Assembly: GCA_965222425.1 (NCBI GenBank)
Contig: CBDCTW010000008.1
Span: forward strand, 178,248 to 242,247
Length of the DNA stretch: 64,000 nt
Reading direction: 5' to 3'
Origin: Candidatus Marinacidobacterales bacterium
GTDB lineage: Bacteria > Acidobacteriota > Vicinamibacteria > Marinacidobacterales > DATDRI01
Shown here one piece after another: positions 31,726 to 41,449 of this stretch. A program made the translations under genes and the position numbers. Below the pieces are notes generated by a model. The model did not search any database and was not told where the DNA came from. It saw only the letters and a list, made by a program, of their open reading frames with translations. How positions within the stretch are numbered: position 1 is the first letter of the stretch; each line of letters opens with the position of its first letter.

Positions 31726-31748
31726 GCACAGGACGGGGAGCTTAAAAG

Positions 31749-32738
31749 ATGTTCGGACCCTATGTCCATAATGTCGATCCGATCATTGCCGAAGTGGGCG
31801 GCGTCTATCTCTGGTGGTATGGGCTTAGCTATTCGCTGGGATTCCTGCATTTGCATCTGTTTCTGCGCCGCCACAGGCTTCGGCTCGGACTCACTTCCAG
31901 AGACGTATACACCCTCACCCTTTTCATCGTGGTGGGCGTTTTGGTCGGGGCGCGTCTCATCGAAGTCGCATTCGACGAGTGGCCCTTCTACAGCGCGTAC
32001 CCTACCCTCATTCCGGCATACTGGCTTGGGGGCCTGGCGTCTCACGGGGTCCTTCTCGGAGCGACTGTAGCTGTCACCTCCTTCGCCTTGCTCTATCGAA
32101 AGGACCTGCTCGCGCTGTTCGATGCAGTCGTGATCCCCGGTTCGTTTCTGATGGGAATGGGAAGGATCGGGAACTTCATCGACGGCCAGATCGTGGGTGC
32201 TCTCACCGATGTGCCGTGGGGCGTGCGGTTTCCCGACGCAGTTGGAATCCGGCATCCGGTGGTTCTCTATGACGGCATCAAGAATCTTCTGCTGGTGCCT
32301 TTCCTCCTCCGTGTTCGAAAGATGAACCCAACGCCGGGGGCAACCGCAGCTCGTTTCGTCTTCTGGTATGCGTTCTTGCGTGTATTCATTGATCTGTTTC
32401 GCGACTATCCGACTCACCGTCTGGCTCTCGGGACCGGGCAGACCCTGAACCTCATCATGGTGTCGATCGGTGTCGTTTTTTTGATCCGATCGCGCATTCG
32501 GCGTCTGGGTCGGCTGCGAAGTGGTGCCAGAGAGGCACTGGAGGTGGAAGCCCCGCCTGAAAAAGCGCCATTCGTGTTACAGAGAATCGTACTCGTTGTT
32601 TTACTGGTGTGCTGTCTGACGTTGCCCAGCAACTGGACACAGAACATACCGGAACGATACGGGAAGCGACACGCCGGACTCGAACACTCGTGGCTCTACC
32701 CAGACATCAACACGTCGGCGCCGACCGATGAACCCTAG
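31749..32738 (+). CDS. lgt: Prolipoprotein diacylglyceryl transferase.
   Basis: GGVYLWWYGLSYSLGF...GRIGNFIDGQIVG...VPWGVRFP.... Signature motifs and membrane topology of Lgt. Confidence 0.8.
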   Translation: MFGPYVHNVDPIIAEVGGVYLWWYGLSYSLGFLHLHLFLRRHRLRLGLTSRDVYTLTLFIVVGVLVGARLIEVAFDEWPFYSAYPTLIPAYWLGGLASHGVLLGATVAVTSFALLYRKDLLALFDAVVIPGSFLMGMGRIGNFIDGQIVGALTDVPWGVRFPDAVGIRHPVVLYDGIKNLLLVPFLLRVRKMNPTPGATAARFVFWYAFLRVFIDLFRDYPTHRLALGTGQTLNLIMVSIGVVFLIRSRIRRLGRLRSGAREALEVEAPPEKAPFVLQRIVLVVLLVCCLTLPSNWTQNIPERYGKRHAGLEHSWLYPDINTSAPTDEP

Positions 32739-32815
32739 AGGGGAGTCGCCGACAACGACGACTGGTGGTTTTGAGCGAGGTGTGACAGGTTGACTAAGCC
32801 TCGGAGGAAAAGACC

Positions 32816-33406
32816 ATGAGCAATCGAACCGTGACGCAGCTGGGCGCCATCGTGCTGATGGCGTCGTCGATAGTGCCTCTATCGGCGAAAACCCAGACGG
32901 TAAAGGGAAACACATACGCGGACACGGCAGAGGTAGGTGTCCGGACTCTCATGTTGATCGGTGCCGGACTTCGTGAGCGGTGGTGGCTTGACGTCTACAC
33001 GATGGGCGCGTATGCCGAGAACCGCACCTGCGATCCGCAGATGCTGATCTCGATGGATGGGGCAAAATCTCTCCGTATCGATCTGCTCCGCGACGTCGAC
33101 GCGAAGAATATGGCCGACGCGCTCGAAGATGCTCTCGATAAGAACTTGCCGCCCGGCGGCTCCCCCGGTATTCGATCTCAGATCGATACCTTCCTAGGCT
33201 ACTTTGAAAAGGACCTGGAGAAGGGGGACAGCATGGAGTTGACCTACGTTCCCGGCGTGGGTACGGCGCTAATGCAGAACCGGGAGCAGCAGGGAGCCAC
33301 GATGCCGGGCAAGGGGTTTGCCGACATCCTGTGGGCTTCCTATTTCAGTTCCGAAACTTGCTGTTCGGGGCTCAAGAAGCAAATTCTCGACCATTGTTCC
33401 CAGTGA
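32816..33406 (+). CDS. Chalcone-isomerase-like family protein with a signal peptide.
   Basis: ...VRTLMLIGAGLRERWWLDVYTMGAYAE...FADILWASYFSSE.... Confidence 0.55.
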   Translation: MSNRTVTQLGAIVLMASSIVPLSAKTQTVKGNTYADTAEVGVRTLMLIGAGLRERWWLDVYTMGAYAENRTCDPQMLISMDGAKSLRIDLLRDVDAKNMADALEDALDKNLPPGGSPGIRSQIDTFLGYFEKDLEKGDSMELTYVPGVGTALMQNREQQGATMPGKGFADILWASYFSSETCCSGLKKQILDHCSQ

Positions 33407-33421
33407 GAGGTTCGCAGGAGG

Positions 33422-33480
33422 ATGGATGTCTTCACGACCAGGCAAGTCGAGGAGCTTCGCAATGAGCTGTTAGCGGCGGC
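33422..33480 (+). repeat. Remnant of an IS256-family transposase 3' end.
   Basis: MDVFTTRQVEELRNELL matches the C-terminus MDVFAARKVEELRNELL of the IS256 copies. Confidence 0.5.
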
Positions 33481-34058
33481 TGTAAATTGCACATTTGTGG
33501 CGGACGAAAATTGCACACCCGGCACCCCGTTGTGCTCCGCAAAAAGTCGATCCAGCGTTGATTTCGCCCGGGCGTTGCGGTCGGCGATTCGGGTTCCCCG
33601 GTACGCGCGGGGAAACAACGTCCAGAAACGGGATGCCACACTTTCGGGCGAGGACCTGGATCCATGCCTGGGGAAAGATGGACATCAAGGAGGCCCGGGT
33701 TGCACCTGGACCAAAACGTGCTAGGCCTGCTACGCCGCGATAGCCTTGGCCTCGATTCTGGGCCTCTCGGGTGGCCTCTTTTCCGCTGCCGCACGGCCAG
33801 GTCAGCGCCCGTTCTCCTATTTGGGCGCAAACGTGGTGCCTTGGTGCATAAATACAGGTAAGTCATTGATTCCATTGACTCTGCGATTTTTTGCTCAAAA
33901 ACGTAACCTGCTGATTCCTTTAGGGTTGTCCGGAGTTATGCACCAAGGCAGCTCGCCGCCACTATAGGTGATTCTGCACGGTGTATGCAGAACCTGGAAA
34001 AGGTGCTATTCACGGGGCCAAAGACCTCAGACACGGTGACGTTTATTTGCGATTAGGG

Positions 34059-35618
34059 TTAACTGGCCCTGCCCACTGTGCTTGCGCGCAGCCCCTTCCA
34101 GGTGCTGTAGCACATGGCGACCAGCACCAGCGCGAAGGGAAGACCGGTGGCGAGGGTGGCTGCCTGTGCAGCCACGAGGCCGCCGCCGAGCAGCAGCGCG
34201 ATGGCGATGATCCCCTCGAGAACGCACCAGAACACTCGCTGGGCGACTGGCGCATCCAGCTTGCCGCCGGCGGTGATGGTGTCGATGACCAGGGATCCAG
34301 AGTCGGAGGATGTGACGAAGAACACCACAATCAGCACGATGCCGAGGAACGACGTGATGTTCGCAAGCGGCAGCGTCTCCAGCATCGTAAACAGGGCTAT
34401 CTCCGGCTGCTGCGCCTGCACCGCCGCGATCACCTCGGGATGACCGTGGTCAACGTACTGCGATACCGCAGTCCCGCCGAAGGCGTTCATCCAGATCGCG
34501 GCAACCAGCGTCGGGATGATCAGCATGCATGCAGTCAGCTCGCGCACCGTCCGGCCGCGCGAGACCCGCGCGATAAACAAACCGACGAACGGGGACCATG
34601 AGATCCACCAGGCCCAGAAAAAGACAGTCCAGCCGTGCATGAAGTCGAGATCCTCTCGGCCCACCCAGTTGCTGAGGGGGCCGATCGCCGCGAGATACTG
34701 GCCGAGGCTGGTCACGGTGCCGGTGACAATGTCGAGCGTCGGTCCGACCGTCAGCATGAACGCCAGCAGTAGCAGGGCGAGCAGCAGGTTGGCCTCGCTC
34801 AGCCGCTTGACCCCCTTCTCCATCCCGCTAACAACCGACGCCAGCGCCATGCTGGTAATGCCGACGATCAGCAGCACCTGGGTGGTGGTGGTGTTGGTCG
34901 CCGGCGCGCCCAACAGGTGGGCCAGCCCCGCCGCCGCCTGTTGGGCACCCAGGCCGAGCGACGTGGCCAGCCCAAAGAGCGTGGCGAAGACGGCGAGGGT
35001 GTCGATGCCGTGGCCGAACCGGCCCCACACCGCATCCCCCATGAGCGGATAGAACGCCGACCGTAGTGTCATCGGCAGGCCGAGGTTGTACGATGCGAAG
35101 GCAATCCCCAGCGCCACCACTGCGTACATGGCCCACCCATGGATTCCCCAGTGGTAGATGGCGCTGGCCAAGCCGAGGTGGGCTGCCGCCGTGTCGGTCG
35201 CCTTGAGACCGAGCGGCGGTTGCAGGAAGTGCTCCACCGGCTCCGACACCCCGAAGAACATCAGGCCGATGCCTATCCCGGCAGCGAACAGCATGGCGAA
35301 CCAAGCAGAGCGGGAGTAGTCCGGCCGGGCATCCGCACCGCCCAGGCGCACGCGGCCGAGCGGCGTTACCACCAACATCAGGCAGAAGAGCACGCAGAGG
35401 TTGCCCGCGCTCATGAACACCCAGTCGAAGGTCGACATGAGCCATGCGCGCAGCGCCCCGAAGGCGGCCGCCGCACCGGCCTGGAACACTAGCACGCCTG
35501 AAACGAACGCGATGATGGTCAGACTGGAGACGACGAAGACCGGATTGTGGATGTCGAGGCCGAGGGGTTGGACGTTGTCCTGACCCAGCTTGTAGTCGAT
35601 CTTCGAGACCTCAGCCAT
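34059..35618 (-). CDS. BCCT-family (betaine/carnitine/choline) transporter.
   Basis: WTVFFWAWWISWSPFVGLFIARVSRGRTVRE is the BCCT signature. ATG at 35616-35618 (MAEVSKIDYK...). Confidence 0.85.
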   Translation of the reverse strand: MAEVSKIDYKLGQDNVQPLGLDIHNPVFVVSSLTIIAFVSGVLVFQAGAAAAFGALRAWLMSTFDWVFMSAGNLCVLFCLMLVVTPLGRVRLGGADARPDYSRSAWFAMLFAAGIGIGLMFFGVSEPVEHFLQPPLGLKATDTAAAHLGLASAIYHWGIHGWAMYAVVALGIAFASYNLGLPMTLRSAFYPLMGDAVWGRFGHGIDTLAVFATLFGLATSLGLGAQQAAAGLAHLLGAPATNTTTTQVLLIVGITSMALASVVSGMEKGVKRLSEANLLLALLLLAFMLTVGPTLDIVTGTVTSLGQYLAAIGPLSNWVGREDLDFMHGWTVFFWAWWISWSPFVGLFIARVSRGRTVRELTACMLIIPTLVAAIWMNAFGGTAVSQYVDHGHPEVIAAVQAQQPEIALFTMLETLPLANITSFLGIVLIVVFFVTSSDSGSLVIDTITAGGKLDAPVAQRVFWCVLEGIIAIALLLGGGLVAAQAATLATGLPFALVLVAMCYSTWKGLRASTVGRAS

Positions 35619-35895
35619 ATGGTGTTGCAATAGCGTTTTACCATGCGGAGGCTTTTGTTTCTACCCTCGACCGGGCCCTTCGTGAATAGTCCGGGCTAGC
35701 CGGAGCGGAACCGCAAGTGCTTGCTCCGTTTACTGTTGCCGGCTCGTCCACGTCGTCGTGCGAGGACAGCACTTATGCACAGTTTGGCGCAAGCTGAAGT
35801 CCGGTGACGCTAAAATTTGATGTAACCTATTGCACTACAAAGTCTTCCCCTTATGCCCGCAACAGTCAATGACGCAAGCACCAGCGACGGAGCTG

Positions 35896-38800
35896 TCAGC
35901 CTCCGAAGCGATAGGTCAGTGCCACCTTGAACCGGCGCCCCTTCGGGTCGTGCGTGAAGCCGTCGTACGACTGCTCGATGTTGGCCCATGGCGGCAAAGT
36001 GCCGGTCAGGTTCAGCGCATAGAGCGTGATGTCGATCCCGCTGCCTGGGAAGCGCCACAGGAAGCTCGCATCCCACGTGAGGAACGGGTCGATGCGGGGG
36101 ACGGTGGTGTTGCTGCCACGGTCCCCGTAGGACGAGATGTAGCTCACATAGTTCGCGAAAGTGTATGTGTTCCAGGCGTACGAAGCCGACCACCGGCTCT
36201 TCCAGCGGGGTAGCGGCACCGCGATCGGGTGGGCGAAGTTCAGGTAGCCGGCCGTGTTCCGCTTGGCGTAGAGCGTCAGGTCCGTACCCTCCAGCATCAG
36301 GGCCTTTGTCTCGTACTCCACCGTGTAGGTGGAGTCCCAACTGGCCGATAGCTGGCCCGGTCCCGCGTCGAACCGGGTGGCGAAGTGCGTGTCGATCCCG
36401 GAGGTCGTGAGCCCCGGCCAGTTCACGAGGTCAATCTGGACGCGCTCAAGGTTCGCGGCGGCGCACCTGCTCTCAGGCATCAGGTCCGAGGCCCTGCCTC
36501 CCGGACAGATGATGAATGGCGACACGGCCTCCTGGGTCGCCGGATTGTCGCTGTTGTAGAGGCTGGTGATGGCATCGTAGGGCATCGAGCCGATCACGTT
36601 CTCGAAGTCGTAGCTCCAGTAGTCGACCGTCGCTTCGATGCTCCCCTTCAGGAAGAGCACGGCGCCGACGTTGTAGGTGAACGCCTGCTCGGGGAGGAGG
36701 TCAGGGCGCCCGAAACGGTCCACCGCCTGGTAGGCGCCTGTCTCCGAGATCCACTCGAGGGTCGTCAGCGGGCTGGTGTTGAGGTCGTCCAGCGACGGCG
36801 TCCGGAAGGTGGTCTGCACCGAGCCGCGCAGCGCCAGCGAGTAGTGGAGGTTCTCCGCCACCTGCAGGCGCCCGCCGATCTTCGGGTCGAAGCTACTGAC
36901 GTGGCGGTCGGCGACATTGTAGAACTCGTAGTTCGCAGCGATCTGCGTGTCGACCCTGGGCCCAACGCTCAGCGCGAGCTCGCCGAAGAACCGCTGCACC
37001 TGCTGGTCCGCGGCATAGGGGCGGTGGATGTTGGTGAAGAGGTAGGGGCCGAACCGGTCGCCCGCCGCGCAGCCCGCGTCGCCCGCCACCGAGCAAGGGT
37101 TCAGTGTGGCGTCGCCGGCATCGTTTGGATTGCCGTCGGCGCGCATCGCACGGTACTGGTACCCCACGGCGAAGTCGGCCACGTTCTCGACCAGGTTGCC
37201 GCTCAGCGTGGCGTCCGCCACGAACAGATCGGTCGTGCTGACCAAGTTCACTTCTTCGTTGAGCCATAGTCGCAACTGCTCCGGGTTCGCCAGGCCGGCG
37301 ACGTAGTCGGGATTCGGCGTGTTCTCGAACGGCGAGTCCGGTTGGTCGGAGTACTGGACGGCGTTGCTGAACGGGTTGTAATACATACACGGGCCCTGGC
37401 CCGCCACGGCGCCGTTGAGTGCTCCGAGCACCATGCCAGCCGGGGAGGTCTGATCCGCCACGACGCCGACGGCGCAGTCCGGCCCGCCGAAGCCGCGGAA
37501 GGCCCGGAAGATCCGATCGGTGTATACCGCCGGCAGGTTCAGATTGCCCTTGGCCCGGGAGTAGGAGACGCCGACGTCCCAATGAGCATCCCGTCCTCCA
37601 AGCAGGAAGTCGCCATCGACCGACCCCGCGATCCGCTGGGTTCGGGACTCTCGTCTCAGCCTGCGCCCGGGACCTGAGTTCCCAAACGGACGGCCGTTGA
37701 AATACCAGAGGTCGCTGCTGGCGCAGGCGCTGCTGGGGTCGGCCTTCCCGTCACCTGCGTAGCCGGAGCAGAACGCCTGCCGTCCCGGGTGGTCGGGCGC
37801 TACCTCCATGATGGTGGTGCTCGTCAGCGGGAAGGGCGGGTACGATGGCGTCGTGTACCAGTTCGGAATCGTCGCATTGGCCCAGAGACCCTCGACGTGG
37901 TAATTAGTCCGCGCGTTCAGGGGGCCATTGAGCTCGACGAAGGCGCGGGTCTGTTGCTGCTCGTCGATTAGATTGTCGTACGGCGCGTAGCGGAACCGGC
38001 AGGTCCAGCCCTCGTCCTGGCCACCGAATTCCGTGCACCGGGGGTCGAAAACATCGGCCGTCCATGGAACGGGGGCCCCGACAGCGAACGTGCCGGGATT
38101 CCCGAGGCTGGACCATCCGGCGCGGTTTCCCCCGACGTGCGTACTCAGCCGATCGAGAGTCCAGGGACGCTCCGCCATCTGCAGCTCCTGGCGGCCGACC
38201 CGTTCCGCGGCGAGTACCACGCTGGAATTGCCGATCCGTCCGCCCCAGATGCCGGCGACGGTCGTATCACCCGCGCTGTCGAAGTAGTCATGCGAGACGT
38301 TGAGCTCCAACCCCCGGAAATCACTGCGCGTCACGAAGTTGGCGACGCCGCCGACTGCGTCGGAGCCGTAAGTCGCCGCCGCGCCCTCCTTCAGTACCTC
38401 CAGCCTGCCGACCGCGATCGCCGGAATAGTGTTCACATCGACGAAACGCCCGCCGATGAGACGCGCGGGGACCGGCACGTGACGGCGGCCGTTGAACAGC
38501 ACGAGCGTCCGCGAGGCGCCGAGGCCGCGCAGGTTGACGTTGGCCACGTTCTCGGTGAGTGTCGAGGGCTGGTTGGAGTTGTACCAACTGCTCCGCTCGC
38601 CGATCACGCCGTGGCTCACGCTCAGGTTCTTGAAGAGATCGACGAGCTGCGTGGAGCCTTGCTGCTCAATCGTGTCGCGGCTGACCACCACGACCGCGTG
38701 GGGCATGTTGATCGCGGGCGCGTCGATGGCGGTGCCTGTCACCGTCACGGTCACTTCCTCGAACAGGCCGCCGACCCGCAGGCTGACGTCCACCGTCGGC

Positions 38801-39093
38801 GCGGACGCGGCGGCCAGCTCGACGGTACGCGCCAGCTCCTCGAAGCCTGGCAGTGTGAACGTGATGGTGTACGCGCCCGGCGGCAGCGCCTCGAACGCGT
38901 AACTCCCGTCCACATCGGTTACAACTACGCGCGGGACGCCAACCAGCACGGGTCCCGCCGCTGCGACGGTCACGCCAGGCAGCACACCGCCGGTTTCGTC
39001 GGTGACTGTGCCCGCAATCCGGCCATCTTGCGCGCTAGCGGCGCACGGCGCCACCAGCAGGCACGTCACGATTACATTTAGAGCGATCCTCAT
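35896..39093 (-). CDS. TonB-dependent outer-membrane receptor with an N-terminal carboxypeptidase-regulatory-like domain.
   Basis: Signal peptide MRIALNVIVTCLLVAPCAASA, a CarbopepD_reg-like stretch GTVTDETGGVLPGVTVAA...VVTDVDGSYAFEALPPGAYTITFT, and plug and barrel regions. Confidence 0.8.
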   Translation of the reverse strand: MRIALNVIVTCLLVAPCAASAQDGRIAGTVTDETGGVLPGVTVAAAGPVLVGVPRVVVTDVDGSYAFEALPPGAYTITFTLPGFEELARTVELAAASAPTVDVSLRVGGLFEEVTVTVTGTAIDAPAINMPHAVVVVSRDTIEQQGSTQLVDLFKNLSVSHGVIGERSSWYNSNQPSTLTENVANVNLRGLGASRTLVLFNGRRHVPVPARLIGGRFVDVNTIPAIAVGRLEVLKEGAAATYGSDAVGGVANFVTRSDFRGLELNVSHDYFDSAGDTTVAGIWGGRIGNSSVVLAAERVGRQELQMAERPWTLDRLSTHVGGNRAGWSSLGNPGTFAVGAPVPWTADVFDPRCTEFGGQDEGWTCRFRYAPYDNLIDEQQQTRAFVELNGPLNARTNYHVEGLWANATIPNWYTTPSYPPFPLTSTTIMEVAPDHPGRQAFCSGYAGDGKADPSSACASSDLWYFNGRPFGNSGPGRRLRRESRTQRIAGSVDGDFLLGGRDAHWDVGVSYSRAKGNLNLPAVYTDRIFRAFRGFGGPDCAVGVVADQTSPAGMVLGALNGAVAGQGPCMYYNPFSNAVQYSDQPDSPFENTPNPDYVAGLANPEQLRLWLNEEVNLVSTTDLFVADATLSGNLVENVADFAVGYQYRAMRADGNPNDAGDATLNPCSVAGDAGCAAGDRFGPYLFTNIHRPYAADQQVQRFFGELALSVGPRVDTQIAANYEFYNVADRHVSSFDPKIGGRLQVAENLHYSLALRGSVQTTFRTPSLDDLNTSPLTTLEWISETGAYQAVDRFGRPDLLPEQAFTYNVGAVLFLKGSIEATVDYWSYDFENVIGSMPYDAITSLYNSDNPATQEAVSPFIICPGGRASDLMPESRCAAANLERVQIDLVNWPGLTTSGIDTHFATRFDAGPGQLSASWDSTYTVEYETKALMLEGTDLTLYAKRNTAGYLNFAHPIAVPLPRWKSRWSASYAWNTYTFANYVSYISSYGDRGSNTTVPRIDPFLTWDASFLWRFPGSGIDITLYALNLTGTLPPWANIEQSYDGFTHDPKGRRFKVALTYRFGG

Positions 39094-39261
39094 TGCTACC
39101 TCCTCCTCATGTCGCTCGGGCTGCGAATATGACGTGCCGCTCACACGTCGCCATCGAGTCGCGGCCGTGGAGAACGTTTACATGGTTACATCAATTTGAA
39201 TCGGGTACTACCGCACCGTATTGCATCAAGGTTGTCCAACAGTGGTGACTGGGTAGCGAAC

Positions 39262-40661
39262 GGTCAAGTCTTAATTTTCCTGTCAAATCTCCGTACGGTT
39301 CCCCGCGCTCGGTTAAGCTGCTGATTTCTCCGACGTGCCTTGCGGGAGAAGCTCGTTGCGAAGCTCCTCGACTTTCCTAGCGGCGAAGACATCCATCCTC
39401 ACGCCGCGCCATTTGTTTGCGACGGCCAAGAGCACAGCGAACGAGAGTTTCGTCGCGGCCTCCTCGGTGAAGAAGTGAGGAATGACCTTTGTGCGACGTT
39501 TGTGCTCTCCGAACGTGCGCTCAAGTAGATTCGACGTGCGAAGCCTTTTGTGATGCGCCGCAGGAAGGCGTAGCGCCTGAAGACACGCTTCGAGGGTCTC
39601 TTCCATGCACTTCATCGCGCTCGGGAATCGTTGACGGTACCGAGTGATCACCTCCCGACCCTTCTTCAGCCCTTGCTCGTAGCTGTTCGCATGGAACGAC
39701 TCAAGGATGGCCGCCTTGAGTTCGTCGCGCACTTCCTTCGGAGCCTTGCCCAGGATGTTCTCGAGGCGGTGCTTCTGGCAACGTTGCTTGAGGCTTCGAG
39801 GGAAGACCTCTGCGATCGCTTTGAGCACTCCAGGATTCCCGTCCGTCACGATGAGTAACGGCTCCCTCATTCCTCGGGCCACCATCTCCTGCAAGAACCC
39901 CTTCCAGTTCTCGTAGGATTCTCGGTTGCCGACACCGATATGAAGAAGAACTCGCGTCCCATCAGCGCGATAGCCGGTCGCAACGAGGATGGGCTCTTTC
40001 CTCTCCGCTCCTTGGTGGTAGCGCAGGTACGTGCCGTCGAGCTCGAGATACAACAGCTTCTCGTTCGAGAGATCCCGTTTTCGAAACGCCTCGAAATCCT
40101 CCGACAGACACCGTGTGACCCGGCTCACCACCGACTTCGAGACACCCGTGCCGCTCAGCACGTCCGCGAACGTCGCCTCAATGTCACGCGTCGACATCCC
40201 GTGGACGTACATCCGCGCGATCAGTTCATCGAGTTTCTCGGTCCGGCTCACGTAGGCGTCGAGAATCTTTGACTGAAACACCTTCTCTGTTTCTCGTACC
40301 TGCGGCACTTGCACCGTTACCGCTCCCTCGCCCGTGAGGACCCGATGCGACTCATACCCGTTGCGTCGTCCCTTCTCCTTCGTCGTTGCCGGAGCGTTCT
40401 CATAGTAATTTCGACCCAACGCCTCCGTCACCTCGCGCTCCAACGCATATTGAAGCATCATCTGAGCTCCCGACCGGACGATCTCCGAGAGATTCATCTC
40501 CCCAAATACCAGTTGTTCCTCGAACTGCTTGAGCAATCGCTGACTCGGTAGTACCTTTCCCATGATGTATGGTTCTCCTTTTCTGTCCCCATGACGGGGA
40601 CGGGTTTGAGCTTGGGGAACCATACATCGTTTTTCTTTGACAGGAATCTTAAGACATCACC
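39262..40661 (-). mobile_element. IS256-family insertion sequence, copy B (1400 bp). Near-identical to copy A and in inverted orientation.
   Basis: Perfect 8-bp target duplication TAGCGAAC at 39254-39261 and 40662-40669. Same inverted repeats as copy A. Confidence 0.9.
39313..40563 (-). CDS. IS256-family transposase.
   Basis: Near-identical to 21511-22761. The two differ by about 3 aa (for example VIARYRQ versus VITRYRQ). Confidence 0.9.
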   Translation of the reverse strand: MGKVLPSQRLLKQFEEQLVFGEMNLSEIVRSGAQMMLQYALEREVTEALGRNYYENAPATTKEKGRRNGYESHRVLTGEGAVTVQVPQVRETEKVFQSKILDAYVSRTEKLDELIARMYVHGMSTRDIEATFADVLSGTGVSKSVVSRVTRCLSEDFEAFRKRDLSNEKLLYLELDGTYLRYHQGAERKEPILVATGYRADGTRVLLHIGVGNRESYENWKGFLQEMVARGMREPLLIVTDGNPGVLKAIAEVFPRSLKQRCQKHRLENILGKAPKEVRDELKAAILESFHANSYEQGLKKGREVITRYRQRFPSAMKCMEETLEACLQALRLPAAHHKRLRTSNLLERTFGEHKRRTKVIPHFFTEEAATKLSFAVLLAVANKWRGVRMDVFAARKVEELRNELLPQGTSEKSAA

Positions 40662-40711
40662 TAGCGAACCACAACACCCCCAGCGCAAAATATATATATT
40701 AAATTTGTAAG

Positions 40712-40981
40712 TTATTTACAGTAATAGTTTTTTACTGCATCGTACAAGACTACATCCTGCTGTCGACTCGTCCCGCCGTAGCTGTCGATCACGAAGCCTT
40801 CGCCCACTACTATTCCCCTGGGCAGGACCTGTTCCAGTTGATCCCTCACTGGCTGCTCTGCCGCAGCACCCACGGTCGATGGAGTTGTACCTGCTTTGGC
40901 GTCCTTGAATTCGTCGACGAGCCGCTCGCCAATACGGCGGATGAATCCATCCAGATTGAAGTGTTGCCGATTCCCAACCAA
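40712..40981 (-). CDS. Hypothetical protein. Its 3' end lies in an AT-rich patch and it may be a fragment.
   Basis: MVGNRQHFNLDGFIRRIGERLVDEFKD...VVLYDAVKNYYCK. It begins with a non-ATG start in the track. Confidence 0.25.
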   Translation of the reverse strand: MVGNRQHFNLDGFIRRIGERLVDEFKDAKAGTTPSTVGAAAEQPVRDQLEQVLPRGIVVGEGFVIDSYGGTSRQQDVVLYDAVKNYYCK

Positions 40982-41224
40982 CTTTGAGTGTCTTGGCCAG
41001 CTCGATACGCCACATCGCTGGCTCAGGGCATGTCAGCCTGCGCTCGGGGCCTGGCTACAAGCTGCTCGCTCAGCCCTTGAAGAGGGTCGGCCGCTCGATC
41101 TCACACAGCACGCAGACGGCGTCGCTATCAGGCTCGCGGTGGATGAGAACACCCTTCTGATCGACCAGGGAAACATCTGCCGGTACTTCGACTGCGACGA
41201 CGACCGTGGTCCTGTCGGCAGGCT

Positions 41225-41362
41225 TCATGGCGTTTGCCACATCCGGATTCGAGGTCAGCTGGTCGCTCGGGCTCCTGGTGACGATGACGATCCTCCTTGC
41301 GCTTGCCGCGGATTTCCTGCTCCTTCCGACGCTGCTGATTGCCGTCGACCGGAAAGAGTGAG
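41225..41362 (+). pseudogene. C-terminal fragment of an RND/MMPL-type transporter.
   Basis: ...LASGFEVSWSLGLLVTMTILLALAADFLLLPTLLIAVDRKE* resembles the last transmembrane helices of RND/MMPL permeases. The frame is not continuous upstream. Confidence 0.3.
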
Positions 41363-41449
41363 TGAATGCTCCCCTCTTGAGCGCCGTCGCTGACCATCGT
41401 AGCGGGCCTGACGGCCCGGCGGGCAGGTGAGAGATGCGACTCCGTGCCG

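Noticed and set aside
35619-35895. Possible riboswitch or leader in the 277-nt region upstream of the BCCT transporter
   Set aside because: A few hairpins are visible, but no recognisable conserved riboswitch core could be identified by eye, such as a glycine or other osmolyte-related class. I am left with no call.
34043-39100. Long ORFs antisense to, or overlapping, the BCCT, TonB-receptor, KefB and DUF255 genes, for example 34828..35445-, 36385..37269+, 36893..37582-, 28094..29137-, 12568..13167+ and 38137..39081+
   Set aside because: Their products are Arg/Pro/Gly-rich low-complexity sequences, which is typical of spurious open frames opposite real genes in high-GC DNA. The sense-strand genes are strongly supported.
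21413-40661. Composite transposon formed by the inverted IS256 pair
   Set aside because: Each IS copy has its own perfect 8-bp target duplication, GAGGTATG and TAGCGAAC. They therefore inserted independently, and the 16.5-kb segment between them is ordinary chromosomal DNA.
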